This document shows positions 8,961-17,157 of a stretch of DNA of 32,000 nucleotides, piece after piece (the first letter of the stretch is position 1; each line of letters starts with the position of its first letter). This DNA comes from a bacterium. GTDB lineage: Bacteria; UBP7; UBA6624. Position numbers and translations under genes: made by a program. The notes beneath the pieces are model-generated. The model saw only the letters and a list, made by a program, of their open reading frames with translations. It had not been told where the DNA came from and searched no databases. The stretch lies in contig PBAU01000011.1 in assembly GCA_002716355.1 (NCBI GenBank), positions 30,001 through 62,000 on the forward strand, given 5' to 3'.

Positions 8961-9124
8961 TCTTGATTTTCCATCCTGAGAATTTGGTTTCTCAATAGAA
9001 GTTTTTGATTTTTCATTTTCTTTATCAGGTCTTCATTGTATGGTTCAGACTCAATAAGCTCTTGAATTTCTGAATCAAGTTTGCGATGTTCTTTTTTGAG
9101 CTGTTCTAGGTTTGCTTCTGCCAC
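8957..9124 (-). CDS. Small coiled-coil protein, DUF465 (YdcH-like) family
   Basis: Below the length cutoff of the ORF track. Reverse-complement translation from GTG (9124..9122) gives MAEANLEQLKKEHRKLDSEIQELIESEPYNEDLIKKMKNQKLLLRNQILRMENQD, ending at TGA (8959..8957). It matches the H-x-KLD-x-EI ... KK-x-KL-x-LK/R-(D/N)-x-I pattern of YdcH-type proteins. It exactly fills the otherwise empty gap between two genes. Confidence 0.55.
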   Translation of the reverse strand: MAEANLEQLKKEHRKLDSEIQELIESEPYNEDLIKKMKNQKLLLRNQILRMENQD

Positions 9125-9129
9125 TTCTC

Positions 9130-9759
9130 TTATTTTAAGTCACTAAGTCTTAATAGTGTTTTTTTGTCCCATGTATTATCAAGCTTAAATATTGCTTCTG
9201 TTATCTTCCTTGCTTTTGGCCTCAAGTGGTTACCTGAGTTTCCAGATTTCCAAAGAGCTCTTAGTGAGAATAGTTTAAGCCATAGTGAAACCTGTTTGAG
9301 CTTCGGATCATTTTTGTCTTCATTTAAGGATCTTTCAGCAAGATTCAAACCTTCTCCTAAAGCATATATTGCACCATCTGTATCTTTAGCAGCCAGCCTA
9401 GCACATCCAAGATCCCACCAGGCCCAACATAAACCAAAAGGTTCATTCAAAATGCTCCTTAGGGGGATTGCTTTTTCAGCTGCTCTTTCTGCTTCGAGTG
9501 CATCTTCCCTTTTTGCTTCAATATCAAAATTTGGCAATAAAAAAGAAACAATATTATGTAGAAGAACAGCTTCTTCTTTAATTGCTCCTTGGTCGTTTGC
9601 TCTTACAGCACCATGCCAACCAACCCATCTGCTTTCCTTTTTATAGCCTTCTTTATTTAAAGCAATTTGAAGATTGATTGTTTCAGCATGAGTTTCAGGT
9701 AATTCATGCTTATCTTGCTTGTAGCAGTTTATAAATTCTTGTATTGAATCTTCTAGCAA
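9130..9759 (-). CDS. Hypothetical protein (helical, no recognised family)
   Basis: 209-aa ORF packed 1 nt from the upstream gene's stop and 5 nt from the downstream ORF. Only a TTG start is available (9759). The antisense 160-aa ORF is Ser/Leu/Ala-rich shadow sequence. Confidence 0.6.
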   Translation of the reverse strand: MLEDSIQEFINCYKQDKHELPETHAETINLQIALNKEGYKKESRWVGWHGAVRANDQGAIKEEAVLLHNIVSFLLPNFDIEAKREDALEAERAAEKAIPLRSILNEPFGLCWAWWDLGCARLAAKDTDGAIYALGEGLNLAERSLNEDKNDPKLKQVSLWLKLFSLRALWKSGNSGNHLRPKARKITEAIFKLDNTWDKKTLLRLSDLK

Positions 9760-9760
9760 T

Positions 9761-10237
9761 TTAAATTGAATCTATAACTTCTTTATAGTTTGGTACTATT
9801 GCTGGATTTTCAGTAACCCATTTATAGGTAATTTCACCGTTTTTGTTAATGATGAATACAGATCTTTTAGAAACCCCTGACAAACCTATGAAATCATCAT
9901 AATAAACACCATATTTTTGTGATACCTTACCACCTAAATCAGAAAGGAGAGGAAATGATATATTGTTTATTTCTGCAAATTTCTTTTGGGCAAAAGGCAT
10001 ATCAACTGATATTCCAACAACATTACAGTTTGCCTCTTCAAAAGCCTTCAGGTTATCTCTGAAAGAACACATTTCCTGTTCACATATGCCAGTAAAAGAT
10101 GCTGGGAAAAAAGCAATAATCAAACTTCCTTCTCCCAATGCTTTTGAAAGCTCAAATTCTCTTAAAGGTTTTCCTTCTTCAGGATTGTTTGCCGTCATTA
10201 ATTTAAATTCAGGTGCTTTGTCTCCAATATTTAACAT
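9761..10237 (-). CDS. Peroxiredoxin, AhpC/TSA family (AhpE-like active-site context)
   Basis: 158 aa with IIAFFPASFTGICEQEMC (peroxidatic Cys context resembling the FPLAFTGIC of AhpE-type enzymes) and typical Prx length. A GGAG lies 7 nt upstream of the ATG. Confidence 0.85.
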   Translation of the reverse strand: MLNIGDKAPEFKLMTANNPEEGKPLREFELSKALGEGSLIIAFFPASFTGICEQEMCSFRDNLKAFEEANCNVVGISVDMPFAQKKFAEINNISFPLLSDLGGKVSQKYGVYYDDFIGLSGVSKRSVFIINKNGEITYKWVTENPAIVPNYKEVIDSI

Positions 10238-10246
10238 TTTTTTCTC

Positions 10247-11266
10247 CTATATTTGTATTCCTTGTTTTTCAAGGTTTTTGATTATTAGAATTCTAATAAT
10301 TTTTTTCACTATATTTAATGAGCTCATGCTTTTTAAAATTTTTGGAATTTTTTTGTTTAGCTCTCCTTCCACAAAAGTATGACTTTCCTTAACGATATCG
10401 TTTACTGTTTTTTTTGGTTTGTATGATAGCTTTTTCCATGTTTCTCCTGGATCCATGGCATGTATCATTGGGTCGGTAGGATGGCTAAAAGTATCTTCTA
10501 CATATGCAAATTGGCCATTTTTATTTTTTATTTTTATTACTTTTTTGGCTAATTCCGATAATCTTATGGGTGCTAATGTTAGATTGTAAATATCGAAATT
10601 AGGTTTTAGGTTGAGTGCTTTTAAATTAGCTTCAACACAGTCGTCAATATGAATCATGCATCCAGATCTTTCTCCATCACCGAATATTTTTAAAGGTATA
10701 TTTAATTGATTTTGTATACACCATAATGACAATAATCTTAAATTTCCATTTGAGGCAACACGTGTGTAACGGAATATCTGAACAGATCTGTCCTTATCTT
10801 CATGAGCCCATTTTTTTATTGCCTGCTCAGCTTTTGATTTTGATTTTCCGTAATAATCTTTTGGAGAATGTTTACTAAAAGGGAGATGTTTATTTTTTTT
10901 CCAATTATCTAAAAATATCGCATCAGAAGAATCGAAGAAAATTTTTTTTATGTTTAATTCTTTGCATTGTTTTAGTATTTTTTTTGGTAATTCCGTGTTT
11001 ATTTTTATATATTCATCTTTAGCTGAATCAAGATGTCTTTCATTTGCAAGTTTTGCTGCCTTAATCCACACTACATCAGCATTCATTAATGCTTTTCTAA
11101 GTATTTTTTCGTCACTTGCATCACCCAGTATCTCTTGGTAATTTTCATTTTGGTAACTTTTTTTTAGTGGTTTTTTATCAAGATTGGTCACATTCCATTC
11201 ATGAAGATTTTTAATAAGGTTTCTTCCAAGTAGACCAGACCCGCCAATTATTGTTATATTTTGCAA
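10247..11266 (-). CDS. NAD-dependent epimerase/dehydratase (extended SDR)
   Basis: N-terminal Rossmann motif TIIGGSGLLGRNL and catalytic YxxxK (YYGKSKSKAE). The start is forced to TTG at 11266 (2 nt after the icmF stop) because the glycine motif begins at codon 7. Confidence 0.85.
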   Translation of the reverse strand: MQNITIIGGSGLLGRNLIKNLHEWNVTNLDKKPLKKSYQNENYQEILGDASDEKILRKALMNADVVWIKAAKLANERHLDSAKDEYIKINTELPKKILKQCKELNIKKIFFDSSDAIFLDNWKKNKHLPFSKHSPKDYYGKSKSKAEQAIKKWAHEDKDRSVQIFRYTRVASNGNLRLLSLWCIQNQLNIPLKIFGDGERSGCMIHIDDCVEANLKALNLKPNFDIYNLTLAPIRLSELAKKVIKIKNKNGQFAYVEDTFSHPTDPMIHAMDPGETWKKLSYKPKKTVNDIVKESHTFVEGELNKKIPKILKSMSSLNIVKKIIRILIIKNLEKQGIQI

Positions 11267-11268
11267 AG

Positions 11269-14200
11269 CTATAAGTTTCTTCTGTATTTGCCGCCTACCT
11301 TGAATAGTGCATCAGTTATTTGACCAAGGCTAGCGTAATTTGATGTTTCCATAAGTTGTTCAAATATATTGCCACCATCTAAGGCAACTTTTTGTAATTT
11401 TTTAAGCATTTCAGAACTTTTTTTCATATTTTTATTTTCAAACTCTTGAACTCTTTTTACACAATTGTCTCTATCCTTATTGCTAGATCTAGTTATTTCT
11501 TGGGGTATTATCGGGTCTGTATTTTCACCAAGGAAGGTATTTACCCCAACAACAGGCAACTCACCAGAGTGTTTTAAATGCTCATAATGCAAGCTTTCTT
11601 CTTGTATTTTGCTTCTTTGGTAACCTAACTCCATGGCACCCAGCACACCACCTCTTCTATTTATAGATTCAAATTCTTTCAAAACAGCATTTTCAACAAG
11701 TTCAGTCAATTCTTCAATGAAAAAGCTGCCCTGCAGCATGTTTTCACATTTGGCTGTTCCAAGTTCCTTGGTAATGATTTGCTGTATGGCTAAAGCTCTT
11801 CTTACAGATTCTTCTGTTGGTGTGCATATTGCCTCATCATAAGCATTTGTATGTAAGCTATCGCATCTATCATAATAAGCCATTAGGGCCTGTAATGTAG
11901 TTCTTATGTCATTGAATTGAATTTCTTGAGCATGTAAGCTTCTGCCTGATGTTTGAATGTGGTATTTAAGTTTTTGCGATCTTATGTTAGAGCCGTATTT
12001 TTCCTTTAGTGCAATTGCCCAAATTCTTCTGGCAACTCTTCCTAATACTTGATACTCAGGATCCAAGCCACAAGAGAAGAAAAAGGATAAATTTTTTGCA
12101 AAATCATCTATAGACATTCCTCTAGAAAGGTAATATTCGATATATGTAAAACCATTTGAAAGTGTAAGTGCAAGTTGGGTGATTGGGTTTGCTCCAGCTT
12201 CTGCTATGTGATACCCAGATATTGAAACAGAATAGAAGTTTTTAACATTGTTATTTACAAACCACTCTTGTATGTCCCCCATAAGTTTTAATGAGAATTC
12301 AGTCGAAAATATGCATGTATTTTGAGCCTGATCTTCTTTCAGGATATCAGCTTGTACAGTACCCCTGACACTTGAAAATGTCATTTTTTTAATCTCTCTC
12401 AATTCTTCTTCATTAGGCTTGCTAGAGTTTTCTTTTTTGAATTTTTTAATTTGTTGATTTAATGCTGTGTTTAAAAAGAATGCCAATATTGTTGGTGCTG
12501 GTCCATTTATAGTCATTGAAACGCTTGTTGCAGGGTCACAAAGGTCAAAACCCTTGTAAAGTCGCCCCATATCTTCAACCGTTGCAATAGAGACACCGCT
12601 TTCTCCAACTTTCCCATATATGTCAGGCCTACCTTCAGGACTTCTGCCATAAAGTGTGACAGAGTCAAAAGCTGTTGATAGACGGTTGTATGGCTCACTC
12701 TCTGCCAACAAGTGAAATCTTTTGTTTGTTTGTTCCGGAGGACCCTCTCCAGCAAACATTCTTGTTGGATCTTCTCCACTTCTTCTAAACTCAAAAACCC
12801 CTTGTGTAAAAGGAAATTTACCGGGTGTGTTTTCAAGAAGAATCCATTTAATCCTATCTGCCCATGATCTGTATTTCGGAATTGATATTTTAGAAATTTT
12901 TGTTCCTGAAAGAGATTCAGAATGAGTTGTTACATTTATCTCTCTCCCTCTTATAGAGTATGTCATTTTGGATTGATTGTATTTTTGTAAATCATCATAC
13001 ATTCTTAGAGCATTTAATCCAATATCACCTAATTTTTCTAAGGTTCTGTTGTAATCCCATTCCAAGGTTCCATTTTTGGCATTTGGGAATTGGCTATAGT
13101 TTTTAGGCACATCGTTATTTTGCATTATCGATAATGCTTGAAGCTTTTCTGCATGAGTTTCTAATTCAATGACATTTTTTTTATAACTGTGAACAGTTTC
13201 AGATATTTCGGCTAAGTAGCGTTCTCTGTTGCCGGGAATTAAAACATGTTTTTTAGGCTTGATCGTTTTGTTTTTTCGGCTTTCTTTTTCTGGATTCAAG
13301 CCAATTAGAATTTTTATTTTTTCATAAAGTTCATTTACGCCTGGATCAGCAAATTGGCTAGCGATTGTGGCAAATACTGGTTGCTCATCTAGGTCTCCAT
13401 GACCTTGATTCTTTAACCTTCTAACTTGTTTTTGTACATCTCTTAATGCATCTTCTCCAGCTCTATGGTCATATTTATTTAAAACAACTAGATCAGCAGT
13501 ATCAAGCATTTCTATCTTTTCGAGCTGGCTTGGAGCACCATACTCCGAAGTCATGACATATATGGAAATATCAACTATACCCTCAAGAGGATTATCTGCC
13601 TGTCCTATCCCGGCAGTTTCAACAAAAATTAAATCAAAATCTTCACTTCTGACAGCATCTATTGCTTTTTCGATTATTGATGAAAGTGCCATTCTGCTTC
13701 TTGTTGCAAGAGATCTAAAGAAAACATTTCCTCCATAGATTGCATTCATTCTTATCCTGTCTCCCAACAGTGCTCCGCCAGTTCTTGCTCTTGTTGGATC
13801 AGCAGCCAATATGGCAATTTTTTGATTTGGATTATCTCTTGAGAAGCGCAAGATTAATTCATCTATTAATGATGATTTTCCAGATCCACCCGTACCAGTT
13901 ATTCCTATGATTTTTGGATTTTTTTTAGATTCTTTAAAGTTAATTTTTTTATTGTTTTCAACATATGTTAGTTTTCTAGAAAGTGATAAATGGTTATTTG
14001 TTTTTGGTACTGTTAAGTCTTCAGGGTTGATATTGCATAAATCTATAACTTCCTGAATCATTCCAATAAGCCCTTTTGAGGCTCCGTCTTCTGGTCTGAA
14101 GATTTTCGTGATGCCATTTTTCTCTAATTCATTTGCCTCTTCTGGCAATATAACACCACCACCACCACCAAAAATCTTCACATGTTCCAGGTTTTCTTCC

Positions 14201-14451
14201 TTCAGTCTCTTAGATAGGTATTGGAAATATTCCATATGGCCACCTTGGTAAGAGGATATTGCAACTGCATGAGGGTCCTCCTGAATGGCTGACATAACAA
14301 CCTCTTCAACAGATCTGTCATGTCCTAGATGTATAACTTCACATCCAAGCTCTTGCAAAAGTCTTCTAACCATATTAATTGCTGCATCATGTCCATCGAA
14401 CAGGCTTGCCGCAGTGATGATCCTTTTTGGCTTGTTGTTGTTTTTCATCAT
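11269..14451 (-). CDS. icmF: Fused isobutyryl-CoA mutase (B12-binding domain + MeaI G-domain + mutase barrel)
   Basis: 1060 aa. The N-terminal B12 domain has DGHDAAINMVRR. The central P-loop GTPase has GITGTGGSGKSSL, VETAGIGQ and VLNKYD. The C-terminal acyl-CoA mutase barrel has PGKFPFTQG, EDPTRMFAGEGPPEQTNKRF and RLSTAFDSVTLYG, which I associate with IcmF rather than methylmalonyl-CoA mutase. Confidence 0.9.
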   Translation of the reverse strand: MMKNNNKPKRIITAASLFDGHDAAINMVRRLLQELGCEVIHLGHDRSVEEVVMSAIQEDPHAVAISSYQGGHMEYFQYLSKRLKEENLEHVKIFGGGGGVILPEEANELEKNGITKIFRPEDGASKGLIGMIQEVIDLCNINPEDLTVPKTNNHLSLSRKLTYVENNKKINFKESKKNPKIIGITGTGGSGKSSLIDELILRFSRDNPNQKIAILAADPTRARTGGALLGDRIRMNAIYGGNVFFRSLATRSRMALSSIIEKAIDAVRSEDFDLIFVETAGIGQADNPLEGIVDISIYVMTSEYGAPSQLEKIEMLDTADLVVLNKYDHRAGEDALRDVQKQVRRLKNQGHGDLDEQPVFATIASQFADPGVNELYEKIKILIGLNPEKESRKNKTIKPKKHVLIPGNRERYLAEISETVHSYKKNVIELETHAEKLQALSIMQNNDVPKNYSQFPNAKNGTLEWDYNRTLEKLGDIGLNALRMYDDLQKYNQSKMTYSIRGREINVTTHSESLSGTKISKISIPKYRSWADRIKWILLENTPGKFPFTQGVFEFRRSGEDPTRMFAGEGPPEQTNKRFHLLAESEPYNRLSTAFDSVTLYGRSPEGRPDIYGKVGESGVSIATVEDMGRLYKGFDLCDPATSVSMTINGPAPTILAFFLNTALNQQIKKFKKENSSKPNEEELREIKKMTFSSVRGTVQADILKEDQAQNTCIFSTEFSLKLMGDIQEWFVNNNVKNFYSVSISGYHIAEAGANPITQLALTLSNGFTYIEYYLSRGMSIDDFAKNLSFFFSCGLDPEYQVLGRVARRIWAIALKEKYGSNIRSQKLKYHIQTSGRSLHAQEIQFNDIRTTLQALMAYYDRCDSLHTNAYDEAICTPTEESVRRALAIQQIITKELGTAKCENMLQGSFFIEELTELVENAVLKEFESINRRGGVLGAMELGYQRSKIQEESLHYEHLKHSGELPVVGVNTFLGENTDPIIPQEITRSSNKDRDNCVKRVQEFENKNMKKSSEMLKKLQKVALDGGNIFEQLMETSNYASLGQITDALFKVGGKYRRNL

Positions 14452-14470
14452 CTTGAATTATATTTCTTTG

Positions 14471-15391
14471 TCATTGGTAAATTTTCACCATGAGCCCCGG
14501 CATGTCTATTGGAGCCCATTCATCAGAAAGAATTGGTGTTTTTTCTGATATTTCAACTTCTTTGAGTAAGTAAGATAATTTTAAAAGGTTTGGGTATTTT
14601 TGCTTTTCTTGATTTCGAAAATTTTCTATTCGTGTCGTGTAATCATTTAAATTTCCATTAAAACCAAATAGCACAACATTAAACGTGTCAGCAATCGGAA
14701 TAGCAAAAACATAATCAAAATGTTCAAGAATGGTTTTTGTTATCATTTGAACATTTAAAGAAGATTTTCCATCTATCGTTCCTATAACGTTATAAGCAAT
14801 CACCCCATCTTTTGGCATTGTCTTTTTCACTTCATGAAAAAATTCTTTTGTGGCAAGGTGCCATGGTATATAAGCTCCATAACGACTTGTGCTATAGCCA
14901 TCAATTAAAGCTGTATCACAGCTTGGTGCACCCTTTCTTTTAAACATTTGCCTACCATCTATGATGTTAATTTCCAGGTTTGTAATTTTTGGGAGGCCAA
15001 AATATTCACTTGCTACCATTTCAACTACAGGGTCAATTTCAGCAACGACAATCTTTCCTTCTTTGTATCTGTCAGCAAAAGTTCTAATAGCAGATCCTCC
15101 ACCAAGACCAACCATACATGAAGTACCCTCTCTTCCCTGAAGCACATTAACAAGATGAAAAGCTTCAATATAGTCAAAATGCCCTTCTAAAGGTCTGCTT
15201 TTTCTCATCATCGTCTGGATATAGTCGTCAAAAAGAAGGTATCTATGATCACCTTCATCTATAACTGTTATTTGATGCAAAAGTGAGTTGGCTTGATATT
15301 TTGTAATTTGATAATTTCCAGTGTTTGGGTAGCTGAAAGAAAGAGTTAAGCAGCAAATAAAAATATTAATTTTTGAAATTGATTTATTCAT
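14471..15391 (-). CDS. Spermidine-synthase-like (class I SAM-fold) protein with N-terminal hydrophobic segment
   Basis: Blocks MVGLGGGSAIRTF and IVVAEIDPVVVEMASEYF-like (VVAEIDPVVEMVASEYFGL) and ALIDGYS are typical of the SpeE-like fold. I place the start at ATG 15391..15389 (MNKSISKINIFICCLTLSFS...), which overlaps the upstream TGA as ATGA. The track's longer 369-aa version (to 15580) overlaps the upstream gene and looks non-coding. Confidence 0.75.
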   Translation of the reverse strand: MNKSISKINIFICCLTLSFSYPNTGNYQITKYQANSLLHQITVIDEGDHRYLLFDDYIQTMMRKSRPLEGHFDYIEAFHLVNVLQGREGTSCMVGLGGGSAIRTFADRYKEGKIVVAEIDPVVEMVASEYFGLPKITNLEINIIDGRQMFKRKGAPSCDTALIDGYSTSRYGAYIPWHLATKEFFHEVKKTMPKDGVIAYNVIGTIDGKSSLNVQMITKTILEHFDYVFAIPIADTFNVVLFGFNGNLNDYTTRIENFRNQEKQKYPNLLKLSYLLKEVEISEKTPILSDEWAPIDMPGLMVKIYQ

Positions 15392-15972
15392 TTTTTGATT
15401 GTTTTTAAAATTACTATTGATATTAGCCATGGGATAGAAAGAAATATAGCAATTTGACTTGTGTTGAAGGTTGTTATAAGCCAAAAATAAAGACTTAAAA
15501 CCCCTAGAATGCTTCCAAGAGTCGAAATTGCTAAAAGGATACCGGCATGCTCGCCTTTTTTTGCTTGTGCAGAAGGGCATAGTTCAACCATTGTTGGAAA
15601 AGCCGTACCCATTAATATTGCAGGAATGAAGAAGTTTAAAAAACTAATTAATAATGGTTCCCATTGTGTCGGGTCTTTTTCTAAAAATATGGAAGCGATA
15701 AAATTGCTAATTTCCGGAGAGAATATTACCAATATTGATATTGAAAGCCATATTAAAGAAGTAATTTTTTTTATGTTTTTTGTTGTATTTTTTGATGATA
15801 TTTTTCCACCGAAAAAATAACCACATGTCATCCCGCCCAGGAATACTGAAATAGTTGATGCCCACAGTATGGGAGATTGTCCAAAATGTGGTTGCATCAA
15901 TCTTGGTCCAAACACTTCAAATGCCAGTAAACCAAATCCAGTAAGAAATGTTAGGCAGTAATACTTATTCAT
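15388..15972 (-). CDS. Polytopic membrane protein (about 6 TM) corresponding to the N-terminal membrane module of fused membrane/spermidine-synthase-like proteins
   Basis: 194 aa, almost entirely hydrophobic helices (YYCLTFLTGFGLLAFEVFG, ILWASTISVFLGGMTCGYFFGG, ...). It sits immediately upstream of, and overlaps by 4 nt, the SpeE-like gene. The fused architecture is known from other genomes. Confidence 0.7.
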   Translation of the reverse strand: MNKYYCLTFLTGFGLLAFEVFGPRLMQPHFGQSPILWASTISVFLGGMTCGYFFGGKISSKNTTKNIKKITSLIWLSISILVIFSPEISNFIASIFLEKDPTQWEPLLISFLNFFIPAILMGTAFPTMVELCPSAQAKKGEHAGILLAISTLGSILGVLSLYFWLITTFNTSQIAIFLSIPWLISIVILKTIKK

Positions 15973-16348
15973 TTATTATTTCTTCAATTTTTTTTACTAT
16001 ATCTTTCAAGGGGGTTCCTGGGTTGAAAACAGCTTTAATACCCATATTTTTAAGTGATTCAGATTCTTTTTTTGTAATAATTCCACCAAATGTTATAGGT
16101 TTGTTAACTTGCCTTTGTTTAAGTTCTTCTATAAGTATTGGTATCAATGCCATATGTGCACCAGAAAGTATTCCAACAGCTATGAGATCAACATCCTCTT
16201 CAGCAGACATGATAGCAATTTCTTCTGGTGTTCTGTGGAGTCCACTGTAAATTGCCTCATGCCCAGCTTCTTTCAGCTCTCTTGCAACAAGAAGTGCACC
16301 TCTGTCATGTCCGTCAAGGCCAATTTTTGCAATTAGTATTTTAGCCAT
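15965..16348 (-). CDS. Stand-alone cobalamin-binding subunit of an acyl-CoA mutase (methylmalonyl-CoA mutase C-terminal-domain type)
   Basis: 127 aa. KILIAKIGLDGHDRGALLVARELKEAGHEAIYSG contains the DxHxxG B12-binding motif, followed by DVDLIAVGILSGAH and FGGGII. Confidence 0.9.
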   Translation of the reverse strand: MAKILIAKIGLDGHDRGALLVARELKEAGHEAIYSGLHRTPEEIAIMSAEEDVDLIAVGILSGAHMALIPILIEELKQRQVNKPITFGGIITKKESESLKNMGIKAVFNPGTPLKDIVKKIEEIINE

Positions 16349-16357
16349 TTTTAAATT

Positions 16358-17155
16358 CTAAATATCTATCTTGAAATCCAATGGATTTAGCCTCTTTTCT
16401 TTTTTTATTTTCTTTTCCAATTTTTCAAGGAATATAGAGGTGGCAAAATCTTTTGTTTCAGCGATATTTTTGTCCCGGTTGTTTTTTGTTTGAGATTTTT
16501 TTATTTTCTTTTCCAGTTTTTCAATATTTTTATTTGTTTTGGCCGATATCGCTAATACCTCTTTTTTTGTTATCGCTTCCATGATTGATTTTAGCCTTTC
16601 AGCACCCTCTCTATCAGATTTGTTGATTACTATAAGGTCCGCCTCTTCAAGCAAGCCAGCTTTAACTGCCTGGTAAGAATCACCGCTTTCTGGGGACAAA
16701 ACAACGATTAAAAAATCAGCTATACCCCTTAATTCTTGTGATGTTTGCCCAACTCCAACCGACTCAACAAAAGCTTCCTGAAAGTTTTCAGAATTGAAGA
16801 GGCGCAAAAAAGGCCAAATTGAAAATGATGTACCTCCATGGTGACCTCTAGAGGCGATAGATCTTACAAATGGTTTCTTGTTGTTATTTTTTGTTTTGAA
16901 TCTAGCCCTGTCTGCAAGAACAGCACCTCCCGAAATTGAGCTAGAAGGGTCGATTAGAAGAAATGCTGTTTCTTTATTGCATTTTTCAACAAAGTAGTTC
17001 AGTATTGAGGATTTTCCAACACCAGGAGGGCCTGCAACAACAATTGTTTTTAAGCTCCAGTCAAATTTTAATAATTTTGCATAGAGCTCTTTCCACCCTT
17101 CTTTTTTATTTTCAAGAAGTGTTAAATTTCTTGCTATGTTCAATCTTTTTTCCAT
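16358..17155 (-). CDS. meaB: MeaB/ArgK-like G3E GTPase (mutase chaperone), short form
   Basis: P-loop VVAGPPGVGKSSILN, IDPSSSISGGAVLADRARF, VESVGVGQ and the NKxD motif (VINKSD). At 265 aa it is shorter than typical MeaB. Confidence 0.85.
   Translation of the reverse strand: MEKRLNIARNLTLLENKKEGWKELYAKLLKFDWSLKTIVVAGPPGVGKSSILNYFVEKCNKETAFLLIDPSSSISGGAVLADRARFKTKNNNKKPFVRSIASRGHHGGTSFSIWPFLRLFNSENFQEAFVESVGVGQTSQELRGIADFLIVVLSPESGDSYQAVKAGLLEEADLIVINKSDREGAERLKSIMEAITKKEVLAISAKTNKNIEKLEKKIKKSQTKNNRDKNIAETKDFATSIFLEKLEKKIKKEKRLNPLDFKIDI
16400..16524. repeat. 29-nt direct repeat (1 mismatch), copies at 16400-16428 and 16496-16524, in frame inside the meaB-like 3' end
   Basis: tttttttattttcttttcca[a/g]tttttcaa occurs twice, 96 nt apart. 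It encodes the duplicated peptide (L)EKLEKKIKK in the Lys/Glu-rich C-terminal tail. Confidence 0.85.
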
Positions 17156-17157
17156 AA

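Noticed and set aside
9164-9646. 160-aa plus-strand ORF opposite the 209-aa hypothetical gene.
   Set aside because: It has Ser/Leu/Ala-rich antisense-type composition. The minus-strand ORF is longer and fits the spacer-less gene run exactly.
12513-12836. 107-aa minus-strand ORF in an alternative frame inside icmF.
   Set aside because: It is fully embedded in the conserved mutase barrel coding region, and the icmF frame carries the recognisable motifs.
15392-15580. The 63-codon N-terminal extension of the SpeE-like ORF (track version 14471..15580).
   Set aside because: It overlaps the 3' end of the membrane-protein gene in another frame. It translates to basic/Cys-rich nonsense (MPFCTSKKRRACRYPF...). 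The ATG at 15391 gives a clean ATGA junction and a hydrophobic N-terminus.
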